A program made the translations under genes and the position numbers. Positions 9,403 through 19,204 of a stretch of DNA of 64,000 nucleotides are shown one piece after another; position 1 is the stretch's first letter, and each line of letters begins with the position of its first letter. The DNA is from Candidatus Poribacteria bacterium (lineage in GTDB: Bacteria; Poribacteria; WGA-4E; JAJDTR01), in NCBI GenBank assembly GCA_965204085.1, contig CBDBEE010000003.1, positions 1,221,345 through 1,285,344 of the forward strand. The letters are read 5' to 3'. Under the pieces are notes generated by a model that worked only from the letters and a program-made list of their open reading frames with translations, was not told the DNA's origin and did not search any database.

Positions 9403-11799
9403 TTAACTACGCAACTCGCCGCCCAATTCTTCACTTAACCTTTTAACGATTTTCCCATGAACCCGATCTACTTGTTCATCGGTAAGGGTTTCCGTCGGGG
9501 AGGAGTATTCAATGGCATAGGCGAGGCTTTTCTTGCCATTCGGTACTTGGTCTCCGATGTAGAGATCGAAAAGACGCACCGATGTGACCAAATCGCCGCC
9601 GACAGTACGGATAAGCTCAACGGGACGACTCGCGGGAATATCCGCATCAAGCACGATGGCGATGTCTCGATTAACGCTCGGATAGATTGAAATCGGCTCA
9701 ACTCGCCGAGTCATATCTGCCGCATCTGCCAAGACCTCAAAATCAAACTCGAACAGATATGCCTTGTACCCAAGATCGTAGTTCTGTTGTACTTCCGGGT
9801 GGATTTCTCCAAAGATGCCGAGATGTTGTCCACTAACTTCCACAGATGCATTTCGACCGGGATGAAAGAGCGGATGGCGCGTCGGGGCGATGGTGTGGTC
9901 GGATATGCCGCACACATCGAGCAAGCCTTCGACAACTCCCTTGATGTCGAAGAAATCCGCCGCCCGGTACGGATCGCCATAAACACCGGCTCCGATATTC
10001 CCCGCGATGACACCCGCCACACGCTCGGGTTCGATCGGCAACTCGGAATCTCCACTAGGCACGAACACTTTGGACATCTCGAAGAGTTGGATATTTTCTA
10101 CGCGATGGTTTCGATTTCGCTGCGCATTCTCTAGCAGGCTTGGAACCAGTGTGGTTCGCATTATCGACATCTCTTCGCTCAATGGATTCCGAATATTTAG
10201 CGCATCTCTGACGCTATCGGAGGCTTCAAGCCGTATACGGTCAAAACCTCTCGGGTCGTAGAAGGAGTAGTTGACGGCTTCCGTCATTCCCGATGCGACA
10301 AAGTGTGTCTTCAACCGTTCTCGTAATTCCGATTTTGCGGTCGATGGAGGCGTAGGAACGTCGCCCGTGGGCATAGTTGTCGGAATGTTGTCGTAGCCGT
10401 GCACGCGCGCAATCTCCTCGATTAGGTCAATCTCACGGCTGACATCCGGACGAAAGGTTGGGACCGTAACTTCAAATGCGGGTGACACCTCGAATCCTAG
10501 ACGGGTCAAGATGTCGACCATTTCGTCCGAGGCAATCTGTGTACCCAATACGAAATTGGCACGCTCCGGACGCAGCTTCACTTGGTCAGGTTCCCGTTTT
10601 CCCGGGTGAACATCGACGATTCCCGCCGCGATTTCTCCACCCGCGATTTCCGCAATTAGCTGCGCCGCGCGGTCGATAGCCGGTATCACACCCTCCGGAT
10701 CCGCACCGCGTTCGAATCGGTGCGATGCTTCGGTGTGCATACCCAGCGCTTTTGAGGTTTTTCGGATGCTTGGCGGATGGAAGTACGCACTCTCAAGCAA
10801 CACATCAGTGGTCTGATCGGAAATCTCCGAATCAAAACCGCCCATGACCCCAGCCAAGGCAACCGGATTCTCGGCATCCGCAATCACCAACATGTCGGAG
10901 GTGAGTTTTCGTTCTGCTCCATCGATTGTTGTGAGGGTTTCGTCGGGCGCCGCTCGTCGCACAACGATCCGGTTTTCAGCCAGTTTATGATAGTCGAAAG
11001 CATGCAGCGGGTGACCGCATTCCATCAGGACAAAGTTGGTGATATCGACGACGTTGTTGATTGCCCCGACGCCGATTGATTCGAGTGTCTGCTGCAACCA
11101 TTTCGGTGATGGTGCAATCCTGACGCCTCGAATAACCCGTGCCGCGTAACGAGGACACAGCTCCGGGGCATCGATCACCACGCTCGTCAGTTCCCGGACA
11201 TTTGCGGTGCCCTCTTTCACGTGGACTGACGGCAGTTTTACACGATTGCCCGTCTCTGCTCCGATCTCTCTTGCGATGCCGATCATGCTGAGACAGTCCG
11301 GTCGGTTCGGCGTGATTTCCAGTTCCAAAACAGCGTCGTCCAGCCCCAGTGCTTGCGCTAACGGCGCACCGATTGGGAGGTCATCGGAAAGCGCCATCAA
11401 TCCCGAGGCGTCATCGCCGATTCCCAACTCTTTTTCCGAGCAGAGCATTCCGTGCGATTCTTCCCCGCGGATTTTCGTCGGTTTAATGCTTAAGCCGGTA
11501 GCCAATTCCGCCCCAATCAGAGCGACAGGTGCTGCCATCCCCTCGCGCGCGTTCGGAGCGCCGCACACGATCTGCAAATCGGTGCCCTGTTCTACATCAA
11601 CATCGCACAACACCAGCTTGTTTGCATTCGGGTGGTTTCTGACAGTGTTTATTCTACCTACGACCACGCCATCCAAACCCTCTCCAAGTTGCTTGATGGA
11701 TTCGGTCTCAACCCCGAGCATCAACAAACGATCCGCCAATGCCTTCGGAGAGAGGTCAAAGTCGATGTATTCTTTTAACCAGTTTATTGATACATTCAT
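9403..11799 (-). CDS. pheT: Phenylalanine--tRNA ligase beta subunit
   Basis: IVCGAPN, ITPNRPD, RFERG, DLIEEIAR, C-terminal FDX-ACB domain. Confidence 0.98.
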   Translation of the reverse strand: MNVSINWLKEYIDFDLSPKALADRLLMLGVETESIKQLGEGLDGVVVGRINTVRNHPNANKLVLCDVDVEQGTDLQIVCGAPNAREGMAAPVALIGAELATGLSIKPTKIRGEESHGMLCSEKELGIGDDASGLMALSDDLPIGAPLAQALGLDDAVLELEITPNRPDCLSMIGIAREIGAETGNRVKLPSVHVKEGTANVRELTSVVIDAPELCPRYAARVIRGVRIAPSPKWLQQTLESIGVGAINNVVDITNFVLMECGHPLHAFDYHKLAENRIVVRRAAPDETLTTIDGAERKLTSDMLVIADAENPVALAGVMGGFDSEISDQTTDVLLESAYFHPPSIRKTSKALGMHTEASHRFERGADPEGVIPAIDRAAQLIAEIAGGEIAAGIVDVHPGKREPDQVKLRPERANFVLGTQIASDEMVDILTRLGFEVSPAFEVTVPTFRPDVSREIDLIEEIARVHGYDNIPTTMPTGDVPTPPSTAKSELRERLKTHFVASGMTEAVNYSFYDPRGFDRIRLEASDSVRDALNIRNPLSEEMSIMRTTLVPSLLENAQRNRNHRVENIQLFEMSKVFVPSGDSELPIEPERVAGVIAGNIGAGVYGDPYRAADFFDIKGVVEGLLDVCGISDHTIAPTRHPLFHPGRNASVEVSGQHLGIFGEIHPEVQQNYDLGYKAYLFEFDFEVLADAADMTRRVEPISIYPSVNRDIAIVLDADIPASRPVELIRTVGGDLVTSVRLFDLYIGDQVPNGKKSLAYAIEYSSPTETLTDEQVDRVHGKIVKRLSEELGGELRS

Positions 11800-12071
11800 A
11801 AATGATGTTTCTCCGCTCTCGAATCATACTTCACGATGGAATCTTCAATCCTCAAATCCCAAATTTTGCATCGAAACCGAGTTTTTCTCGAAAACACGGT
11901 TTCTTCCTTCCTCTGGAAGTGTAGATTCGGCGATCGCCAAATCGTCGATATGCTCTTTTCTCTTGCCTTCAGTGTTCATGGAAAATCGTTTAGTCACATC
12001 ATCTGCTCCAGAAGATTGAGGATGTTGTGGAGAAGAATTTTCCAACCTTCCACTCTTCCAATCCAACCCTC

Positions 12072-13088
12072 TCAAAACTGCCGCAGAAACCGCAAATCGT
12101 TTTCATATAGCGCGCGTATATCCGGAATACCGTACCGTATGCTCGCGATGCGTTCGACGCCCATTCCGAACGCAAAACCGGTAACTTCATCCGGACTGTA
12201 GTTGGCGAATTGGAACACGTTTGGATCGACGGCTCCCGCTCCCAAGATCTCAAGCCACCCGGTTCCCGAGCAGGTACGGCAGCCCTTGCCGCTGCACACC
12301 GTGCAAGAGATATCGACCTCCGCGCTCGGTTCCGTGAAAGGGAAGAAGTGCGGACGAAACCGCATATCGGTCTGATCGCCGAACATCTGACGCGCGAAGG
12401 ACTGGAGAACACCTTTCAACTCGCTGAACGTGACGCGGTAATCAACCAACAACCCTTCGACTTGATGAAAAGTCGGCGTATGCGACACATCGTAGTCGAG
12501 CCGATAGGCTTTCCCCGGTACTATGATTCGCACTGGCGGTTTGTGCTTTTCCATGAAACGGACTTGAACGGGCGAGGTGTGCGTTCGCAAAAGCACCTCA
12601 TCCGTGATATAGAGCGTATCCTGAAGGTCCCGAGCGGGATGATCCGCTGGGGTATTCAAAGCGTCAAAATTGTAGTATTCGTGTTCGATTTCCGGTCCGT
12701 CGGCGACGTGGAACCCCATTCCTCGAAAAATTTGCTGCACACGGTCAATGGTTTGCGTAATGGGGTGCTTCTTCCCCATCTGCGGACGTCTGCCCGGCAA
12801 GGTGATGTCAATCGCCTCCGCCGCAAGCTGTTTTTCGCGGTCTTGTTGATTCAAACGTTCGCCCACCTCCTCGAAAGCCTTCGTCAGGTTCTGCCTCACT
12901 TCATTTGCCAGTTTTCCTATGACAGGACGTTCCGCGTCGGTGAGTGCCCCCATGCCTCGCATGACAGTGGACAACAGCCCCTTCCGTCCAAAATACTTAA
13001 TTCGGAGTTCCTCAAGATCGGCTGAATGTGTCACTACTTTGAGTTCGTCAAGCGCGTCAGCCTCAATCTTCTTCAACTCTTCTTGCAT
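12072..13088 (-). CDS. pheS: Phenylalanine--tRNA ligase alpha subunit
   Basis: HPARD, LRTHTSPVQ, FPFTEPS, GFAFGMGVER. Confidence 0.98.
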   Translation of the reverse strand: MQEELKKIEADALDELKVVTHSADLEELRIKYFGRKGLLSTVMRGMGALTDAERPVIGKLANEVRQNLTKAFEEVGERLNQQDREKQLAAEAIDITLPGRRPQMGKKHPITQTIDRVQQIFRGMGFHVADGPEIEHEYYNFDALNTPADHPARDLQDTLYITDEVLLRTHTSPVQVRFMEKHKPPVRIIVPGKAYRLDYDVSHTPTFHQVEGLLVDYRVTFSELKGVLQSFARQMFGDQTDMRFRPHFFPFTEPSAEVDISCTVCSGKGCRTCSGTGWLEILGAGAVDPNVFQFANYSPDEVTGFAFGMGVERIASIRYGIPDIRALYENDLRFLRQF

Positions 13089-13109
13089 ACTTACCTCCCG
13101 TGGTGCCGC

Positions 13110-13482
13110 AAAAAAAACGCCTATCGCTTCAGTCCCTAGGGACGAAAGCGATAGGCGTCGACTTCCGCGGTACCACCCTAATTAACAGATTTCAGAACTC
13201 GCGTTGAGAATATGAGCGCGAAACCGAGTTTTTTCTTGAAAACTCGGTTTCTTAAATTTGCTTTGCACATTCTTTTGACATGTGCCGATTCCAAAACCTG
13301 TTCACTTTATTGATTGGTCAATAACGGTGACCCCCGGCGCGAGCCTACTTTGCCAACGCGGCGTTCAACTCGGCGGCTCCGGGATGAATTTCGGCGGTCA
13401 ATCTCGAAAATGCGCTTTCAGCCGATGACGCATCCTCTCTTATCGAGACTCTCCAACCGCTTACTGTGTCCCTTCAAAGCCT
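13110..13482 (-). promoter_or_regulatory. T-box riboswitch with Phe (UUC) specifier and intrinsic terminator
   Basis: Minus strand: stem I with AGUA, AGAGA and GGCUGAA, specifier GAAA-UUC-AUCCC (13386-13388), CCGUUA box, AAUUAGGGUGGUACCGCG (13166-13183), terminator plus U8 (13110-13158). Confidence 0.93.
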
Positions 13483-13513
13483 TTGGCGAAATTAATTCAA
13501 TAGTTTCAGAACA

Positions 13514-13861
13514 CTAACCTTTTGCCAGCTCTACAATCCGTCCGAATCCCTTCTCATCGTGAACAGCGAGGTCCGCCAACACTTTTCGGTTTAGATTGAT
13601 CCCGGCTTTCTTCAAACCACTTATCAGACGGCTATACGAGATTCCATGCGCTCTGGCGGCGGCGTTAATGCGTGCGATCCACAGTTTCCTGAACTCCCGC
13701 TTGCGAGCGCGCCGATGGGCATACGCGTAATTCCACCCCTTTTCGACCGCCTCGACAGCGGATCGCCTCAAATTGTTCCGTCCGCCGCGATAACCCTTCG
13801 AGAGCTTCATAATTCTCTTGCGGCTTTTTCGACGGATACTTCCGGTTTTGACTCTTGGCAT
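13514..13861 (-). CDS. rplT: 50S ribosomal protein L20
   Basis: [28 protein letters not shown]. Confidence 0.98.
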   Translation of the reverse strand: MPRVKTGSIRRKSRKRIMKLSKGYRGGRNNLRRSAVEAVEKGWNYAYAHRRARKREFRKLWIARINAAARAHGISYSRLISGLKKAGINLNRKVLADLAVHDEKGFGRIVELAKG

Positions 13862-13894
13862 TCGTAGCTCCTCAACAGTAGAAAAAACTGAATT

Positions 13895-14089
13895 TCATCC
13901 TTGAATCAGACGATTAAGTTTTTTGACATTTGTGGCATCGGCAAGGGTACTCTTTCTCAACCTCCGTTTACGTTTCATCGATTTGGTCAAGAACAGATGG
14001 CCAGAATTGGCGCGATGCCTACGGATTTTACCCGTGCCGGTTACTTTAAGCCGTTTCGCTGCCCCTTTATGTGTTTTTATCTTTGGCAT
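13895..14089 (-). CDS. rpmI: 50S ribosomal protein L35
   Basis: MPKIKTHKGAAKR. Confidence 0.97.
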   Translation of the reverse strand: MPKIKTHKGAAKRLKVTGTGKIRRHRANSGHLFLTKSMKRKRRLRKSTLADATNVKKLNRLIQG

Positions 14090-14119
14090 TTGGATGATCC
14101 TTAACTAACTTGAAAACTA

Positions 14120-14677
14120 CTATGATGACTTTGGCGGTGATTTTGGGTTTAGAATCATGAGCATGACTCGTGATTCCATTCGAGGCGGTTGTTCAACATC
14201 GGCAATTTCGGCAACATCTTTAGCAAGCCTTTCCAACATCAGCTTTCCAAGATTTGTGTGCAACATCTCACGCCCCCTGAATCTGACCTCCGCCTTGACC
14301 TTCCAACCGTGGGCCAAAAACTCCTCGGCGTGCCGCTTCTTGAACTGATAATCATGCTCCGCCGTATCAGATCGGAACTGGATTGTCTTCAAGACAACCT
14401 TGGCTTGTTTCTTCTTGGCTTCTTTCGCACGCTTGCTCTTTTCATACTGGAACTTGCCGTAGTCCATAATTCGGCAAACAGGCGGATCCGCGTTGGGCGA
14501 CACCTCTACCAAATCCAGCCCTACCGCTTCGGCACGTTCCAAACCTTCTCTGGGCGAAATGACGCCAAGTTGCTGATTGTCTTCATCAATAACCAAGACT
14601 TCCTTTGCCCGAATCTGGCGGTTTACTCTGTTTTGCGGTTGCCCCTTTTTCGGGAGCCGTCTACCTCTATGTTGTAT
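14120..14677 (-). CDS. infC: Translation initiation factor IF-3, non-canonical ATA start
   Basis: Conserved RVNRQIRAKEVLVID lies upstream of the called ORF; GGAGGTG RBS, then in-frame TGA AAA ATA. Confidence 0.92.
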   Translation of the reverse strand: MQHRGRRLPKKGQPQNRVNRQIRAKEVLVIDEDNQQLGVISPREGLERAEAVGLDLVEVSPNADPPVCRIMDYGKFQYEKSKRAKEAKKKQAKVVLKTIQFRSDTAEHDYQFKKRHAEEFLAHGWKVKAEVRFRGREMLHTNLGKLMLERLAKDVAEIADVEQPPRMESRVMLMILNPKSPPKSS

Positions 14678-14844
14678 TTTTCACACCTCCACGTGTGTGG
14701 CTGGTTTTATCTGGGGAAGAAATTAACGATTAAGAGACCATCTAGCGAGCAGCATGTCACGACCGAGAGATTGCTTCTACATCTTACGTTTAATCTGTAG
14801 TTTCGAAGATCTCAATTACGGACGGCAAATATAGATTGGAGTGA

Positions 14845-14873
14845 ATTTTAGCATATTCGTGCAGTAGATGCAA
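14845..14873 (-). promoter_or_regulatory. Sigma70-like promoter for the infC operon
   Basis: TTGCAT-17 nt-TAAAAT with extended TGn. Confidence 0.5.
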
Positions 14874-15246
14874 GCCAAAATCCCCGTGAACAGAAATCTG
14901 CGATTATCAAATCACCGATTTCCTTTCTTTGTCATTGTACGTCTAGTCTAGAGCGAAGAAGGAGACACTATTACGACGAAAAATTGGACGCGATTGTCCT
15001 GAAATATAACGAATTGCTGTTGAAAATCAAAAGCAAGCGGAAGTATAATTCGGGAAGAATCCTCCTAGATTGTGGTGATAAATTACACGATGGTTTGATC
15101 TCCATGTTCGCTTAATCACGTGAACCGAAGTAAATCCTCAAGGATAAGATTTATGCCTTACCTGCTTGTGTCGATTTGTCTCCTCCGTTTTGTGAAGGTA
15201 AGCTGCGAATCAAGGAACATGCAACCTTTCAAGGACTACATGGCTA

Positions 15247-15274
15247 GCTGTGTATAATACCAATTATGTGATAT
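15247..15274 (+). other. dif/lox-like tyrosine recombinase site (left)
   Basis: gctgtgtataa-taccaa-ttatgtgatat (11-6-11). Confidence 0.5.
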
Positions 15275-15454
15275 TGTTCCAACAATTCACATGTGCGGTA
15301 AGCATTTGGCTTTCGCCGCAAACCAACTTAAGCTAATCCAATCTCTTTGAAAGGAAGCAGATTATGTCTTTCCTGAAGAAACACTGGCGATTCACCGTGC
15401 CGGCAGTGGTTGTGCTTTGTTAGGATTTTCTAATAACCTAAATGGAGGTATATT

Positions 15455-16078
15455 ATGTCTTCGAGAATATGTATAACGCTGGCATTTATAGGTATTAGCG
15501 TATTCCTACTTTGTATCTTAGTAGGCAAGGCGTTACATCTTAACTCCGGCGAAACGACTCAATCTGATAGAGTTTACGCTTTACCTGAGTCAAGGCAACA
15601 AATGGTTAAATCCGAAACTCCGAAGGACGGAGAAGAGCCACAATCCATGAAGGAAGAATTGGAAGTGGTTCATAAGGAATTGGAAGATGCTAGGCGGGAA
15701 TATAAGAAACTGGAAACTGAACTAGCCTTAGAGAAATCTAAGCCAAAAACTAATCCCGAACTTCGGAAAGAAATCGTTGAGATTAGTACATACATGAGGA
15801 AATCCTTTTTTCCGAAAATGGAAGAGTTATTGCCTTATGTAGAGTACATACTTGAGAATGATTATTCGCTGGACGCTAGTGATCCTGAACGTTTTGCGAT
15901 TAACTATGAAACGCTGAGAGAGTTTAGCGGAATCGTGGATGAGTTTACAACGAAACTTGCCGATGCTTCCCCGTCTGCTAGGGATATAGTTTATGGAAGT
16001 ATGAGACGGAATTGGGGAGATGATGTCGCTGAGGTTTTTATCTCCGAAGTTGATAGAAAACTTGGAGGTGACTTATGA
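15455..16078 (+). CDS. Hypothetical membrane-anchored coiled-coil protein
   Basis: GGAGG RBS, N-terminal TM helix, Glu/Lys-rich coiled coil. Confidence 0.8.
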   Translation: MSSRICITLAFIGISVFLLCILVGKALHLNSGETTQSDRVYALPESRQQMVKSETPKDGEEPQSMKEELEVVHKELEDARREYKKLETELALEKSKPKTNPELRKEIVEISTYMRKSFFPKMEELLPYVEYILENDYSLDASDPERFAINYETLREFSGIVDEFTTKLADASPSARDIVYGSMRRNWGDDVAEVFISEVDRKLGGDL

Positions 16079-16921
16079 AAAGGCTCTTCCCCTTTATCCT
16101 ACTGTTGGTTACTTTGCCGTTATATGCTCATACCGATCCAGAACTAGATGAAAAGGTTCATCACGATATGCACGTAGCGGAACGGGATAACCTACAAAAT
16201 CAAATCGATCAACTCCGTGAACAGGTTCAAGCTAATACCGAGGGAGTAGCGGAGAATCGGGAAACTAACGAGCAACAACAACGGGAAATCGATTGGAATA
16301 CACGGAAAAACGACCAGCAAGATGTCGAGTCAATTATAGATTCCGCAACTAGCGGAGGTGTAGGAACGGCTATTGCTGTCGTAAAAACGCATCGAAAAAT
16401 TTCGGAAGTTTTACACCGTGTCTATCCAACCCCTAATATAGAGTCACCTTATCCTGAATTTCCGTTAATTCCGATTACTCCGCCAACAACTTCAACTCCA
16501 CCACCTTTACCTGAGCCACCAGAGCCTTATAATACCATTTCTCTAAAATGCTTGTGCATTGATCGCGTGAATCAGGTCAAGAAATTTGCGTGGAGCGGAA
16601 CAAGAAGTCTCACCTCCGCGCAAAACCGGCGGGGCAAGATGCCCCGCCTACATAGAAGGTAAACGATATTATACAGACATCACATGCACTGTTATTCAAG
16701 AGAAATGGTATAATCCACCCACGGTAACTACTCCAGGAGACGGAACGCCACCAAGTATAGAACACAAGCCACCACCAGCCATTCCACTTGTGCCTATGCC
16801 TGACCCGCCTAGGAGACCGAGTGGGCAATATAGGGATGATTATGACGCCACGGGTAACTCTGATTCGGATGATGACGATGAAGAAGAGGATTTAGTTGAT
16901 AAGATTCCCGTTAGGCCATAG
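16075..16921 (+). CDS. Secreted Pro-rich/acidic hypothetical protein, probably one gene split by a frameshift near 16590-16645
   Basis: Signal peptide; overlapping ORFs 16075-16662 and 16586-16921 share Pro-rich composition; the second lacks an obvious RBS. Confidence 0.6.
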
Positions 16922-16945
16922 TAATTTGGAGGGCAGCCAAGGAAG

Positions 16946-16977
16946 GGCTAGGTTCAGTATTTGCCTAGCCTTTTTTT
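16946..16977 (+). terminator. Rho-independent terminator
   Basis: ggctagg...cctagcc followed by T7. Confidence 0.8.
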
Positions 16978-17169
16978 ATGCGAGGATTAGCCAATTAGCC
17001 AATACGTAGAAAGGGAAGGGGTTAGGCAGGAAAGATAGAAGCCTTTCACGGTTTTTCTCAATTCTCTATCTTTCCTGTTGCCCTTTCATAAAAGGGGATA
17101 AAATTAGCTACGAAAAGATTCAATTTGCGCGCGCGTACCAGCAGCTAAATTTATTCCCTCTAATATAAT

Positions 17170-18213
17170 TAGGAGTTACGCAGTTGGCTCAAGCGTATAG
17201 AGAGGTTCTGCCAAATAAGCACGCACCGCATCTCTGACAATAGAGAGTTTTGCGTCAAACCAACTGACTCCGGTGTGATGGCAGTAATGCTCGATTCTCA
17301 AAAAGGCTCTCAGCGCTAAACCGATATGATTTCTTTGAGTACGAGCCGACCGTGTTTGTGCCCGTTCAATGCCAACGAATTGCTTAATTCCACGATGATA
17401 TTCCTCTATGCTCCAAGACCATTCCGCATATTTGAGATGCTTTAACTCGTCCATTTGTAAGTCATTGGTTGCCCACTATTCAATACCACCTTCTGGAGTG
17501 TCAATCTTGAATACTCGAATCAATCCATATCCTTTTAAATGGACAATAGTCCCGGTTGATTCAATCGGAACTGTACTCACAGGGCGGTTGCCGGAATAAT
17601 CTTTATTCACCAGTCGGTTGGAAGCTAGGCAAGTAAGCCATCTCCAACCATGACCTCGCACCGCTTTTAGATTCTCTAGGCTAGCATACCAACTATCAAA
17701 GCAAATACATTCGGGAGCAAAACCACGTTTCTTCGCTTCCGTGAGCATGGCACGGAAATGGTCATTTTTCGTCAAGCCATCATTGACTTTGTTATAGATT
17801 CGATAATCACACGGAATATGCCTATCGCCATCAGTCCAAAGCAAAGTGATTAGGTTAATTCCCTGCACCACTTGATGATGTTTCCCTGACCAGTGTTTTG
17901 TCACTAGTTCAATTTTTTGGGAATAGGGTTTATCCAGAGTCGAGTCATCTATAACCAAGATTCCTGATTCCAATTTCACCTGATGTTTCGATTCGCGCCA
18001 CAGTTTGCCGCTGTCGGGTTCCTCCCGATGCAGCAGCCGTGTTATCGAATCATGAGCCGGTGGGTTATCGGCTTGGGGTTGAACTTTTTCCGCTTCAAGA
18101 CAACTGTAACTTTTCTGAGCACCAACTAAGAAATCAACATAGTCAGTGTTAGTATATTTGGGTGGATTCATGCTCAAATTATAAACTATTTGCACTCAAC
18201 TGCGTAACTCCTA
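17170..18213 (-). mobile_element. IS701-family insertion sequence
   Basis: 17-bp perfect TIR taggagttacgcagttg / caactgcgtaactccta around a DDE transposase. Confidence 0.9.
17176..18171 (-). pseudogene. IS701-family transposase with in-frame TAG at 17476-17478
   Basis: MNPPKY, IDDSTLDKPY, FDSWY, WSIEEYHRGIKQ; the two ORFs share a frame and are separated by one stop (GIE*WATN). Confidence 0.88.
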
Positions 18214-18232
18214 ACTTATCTTCAAAATTCTT

Positions 18233-19162
18233 TTATTTCTCACTGCTTTTGCACTTACCATACTTGAACCGAGCGATAGCTCCCCGCTCGGCTATTTCCG
18301 CTCTCGCGTAATGAGCCGGCATCTTGGAATCCTTCCATCTTCCGGCAGTTTGCATATCCACAACGCTAGCCCCTGCCTTTGCCAGTGAGACCGCAGATCC
18401 CACACGCAGGGAATGACCGGAGACAAAGCCTTTGACCCCCGCCTGTTTAGCCCGCTGTTTTATGGCTTCGCGGGCGGGATTGACGGTCAGGCGTGAATCC
18501 TTAACGCGATCGCCGCGGCGCATTCCCCTGAACAACGCCCCGTTGTGAATACCGCCTTTCTTCATATAGCGGCGAATAACGTTCAGCGTTGCATCGCCGA
18601 TGTAAAGCGTTTCGCTGTTCCCTTCCTGATTGGTTTTACTGGATTTGATGGTAAGTACACGATCAACATCTTCCACATTCACTGCGACAACTTCACTGAT
18701 GCGCAACAAGCAATCGGACATTAGCCGTATCATTGCCGAATCACGGAGCCCTGTAACAGTCTTCGTAGATTCAGCGCAAGCACAGACCTTTTCGACATCT
18801 TCCCATGTAAGGCCTTTTACTTGACCACGACCGCGGCTGCGGCCATCGCGCCGAATCCCCGCAAGGGTTTTTGCGGTAATTGCTCCGACAACGTCATTCC
18901 GATTGACGTTCTTAAATTTCCACCTTACCGCGGCAACAACTTGCGCAATTGAAGAAGGGGATTTTCCGTTGGTGTGGAGTTGAGTAAGATATTGCGCCAG
19001 CAATGCATCATCAAGAATCCGATTGTCAAGCCATACTTCAAGTTTCGCTATGGCATGTCGATAGGCTTTGAGCGTGTTATCCGAGGCAGATGCGCGTATC
19101 AACTCGGTAGTTTCGTTGTTAACACCAGAGTTTTGATTATTAACCGTCGTGAATGCATCCAT
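18233..19162 (-). CDS. Cre-like tyrosine recombinase/integrase
   Basis: LRDSAMI..LLRISE, KSSKT, GHSLRVG, GRW, MPAHY; RBS AAGGAG before ATG 19162. Confidence 0.92.
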   Translation of the reverse strand: MDAFTTVNNQNSGVNNETTELIRASASDNTLKAYRHAIAKLEVWLDNRILDDALLAQYLTQLHTNGKSPSSIAQVVAAVRWKFKNVNRNDVVGAITAKTLAGIRRDGRSRGRGQVKGLTWEDVEKVCACAESTKTVTGLRDSAMIRLMSDCLLRISEVVAVNVEDVDRVLTIKSSKTNQEGNSETLYIGDATLNVIRRYMKKGGIHNGALFRGMRRGDRVKDSRLTVNPAREAIKQRAKQAGVKGFVSGHSLRVGSAVSLAKAGASVVDMQTAGRWKDSKMPAHYARAEIAERGAIARFKYGKCKSSEK

Positions 19163-19204
19163 GGTACAAATCTCCTTGTCGTTGCGAAGCGGAACGTAAA
19201 AATA

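Noticed and set aside
14700-14800. L20 leader riboregulator upstream of infC
   Set aside because: Only a short TAGAAGCA similarity on the minus strand; the structure could not be supported by eye.
15093-15227. 6S RNA call
   Set aside because: Pairing looks branched rather than a rod with a central bubble, and the usual gene context is absent; kept only as an unclassified candidate.
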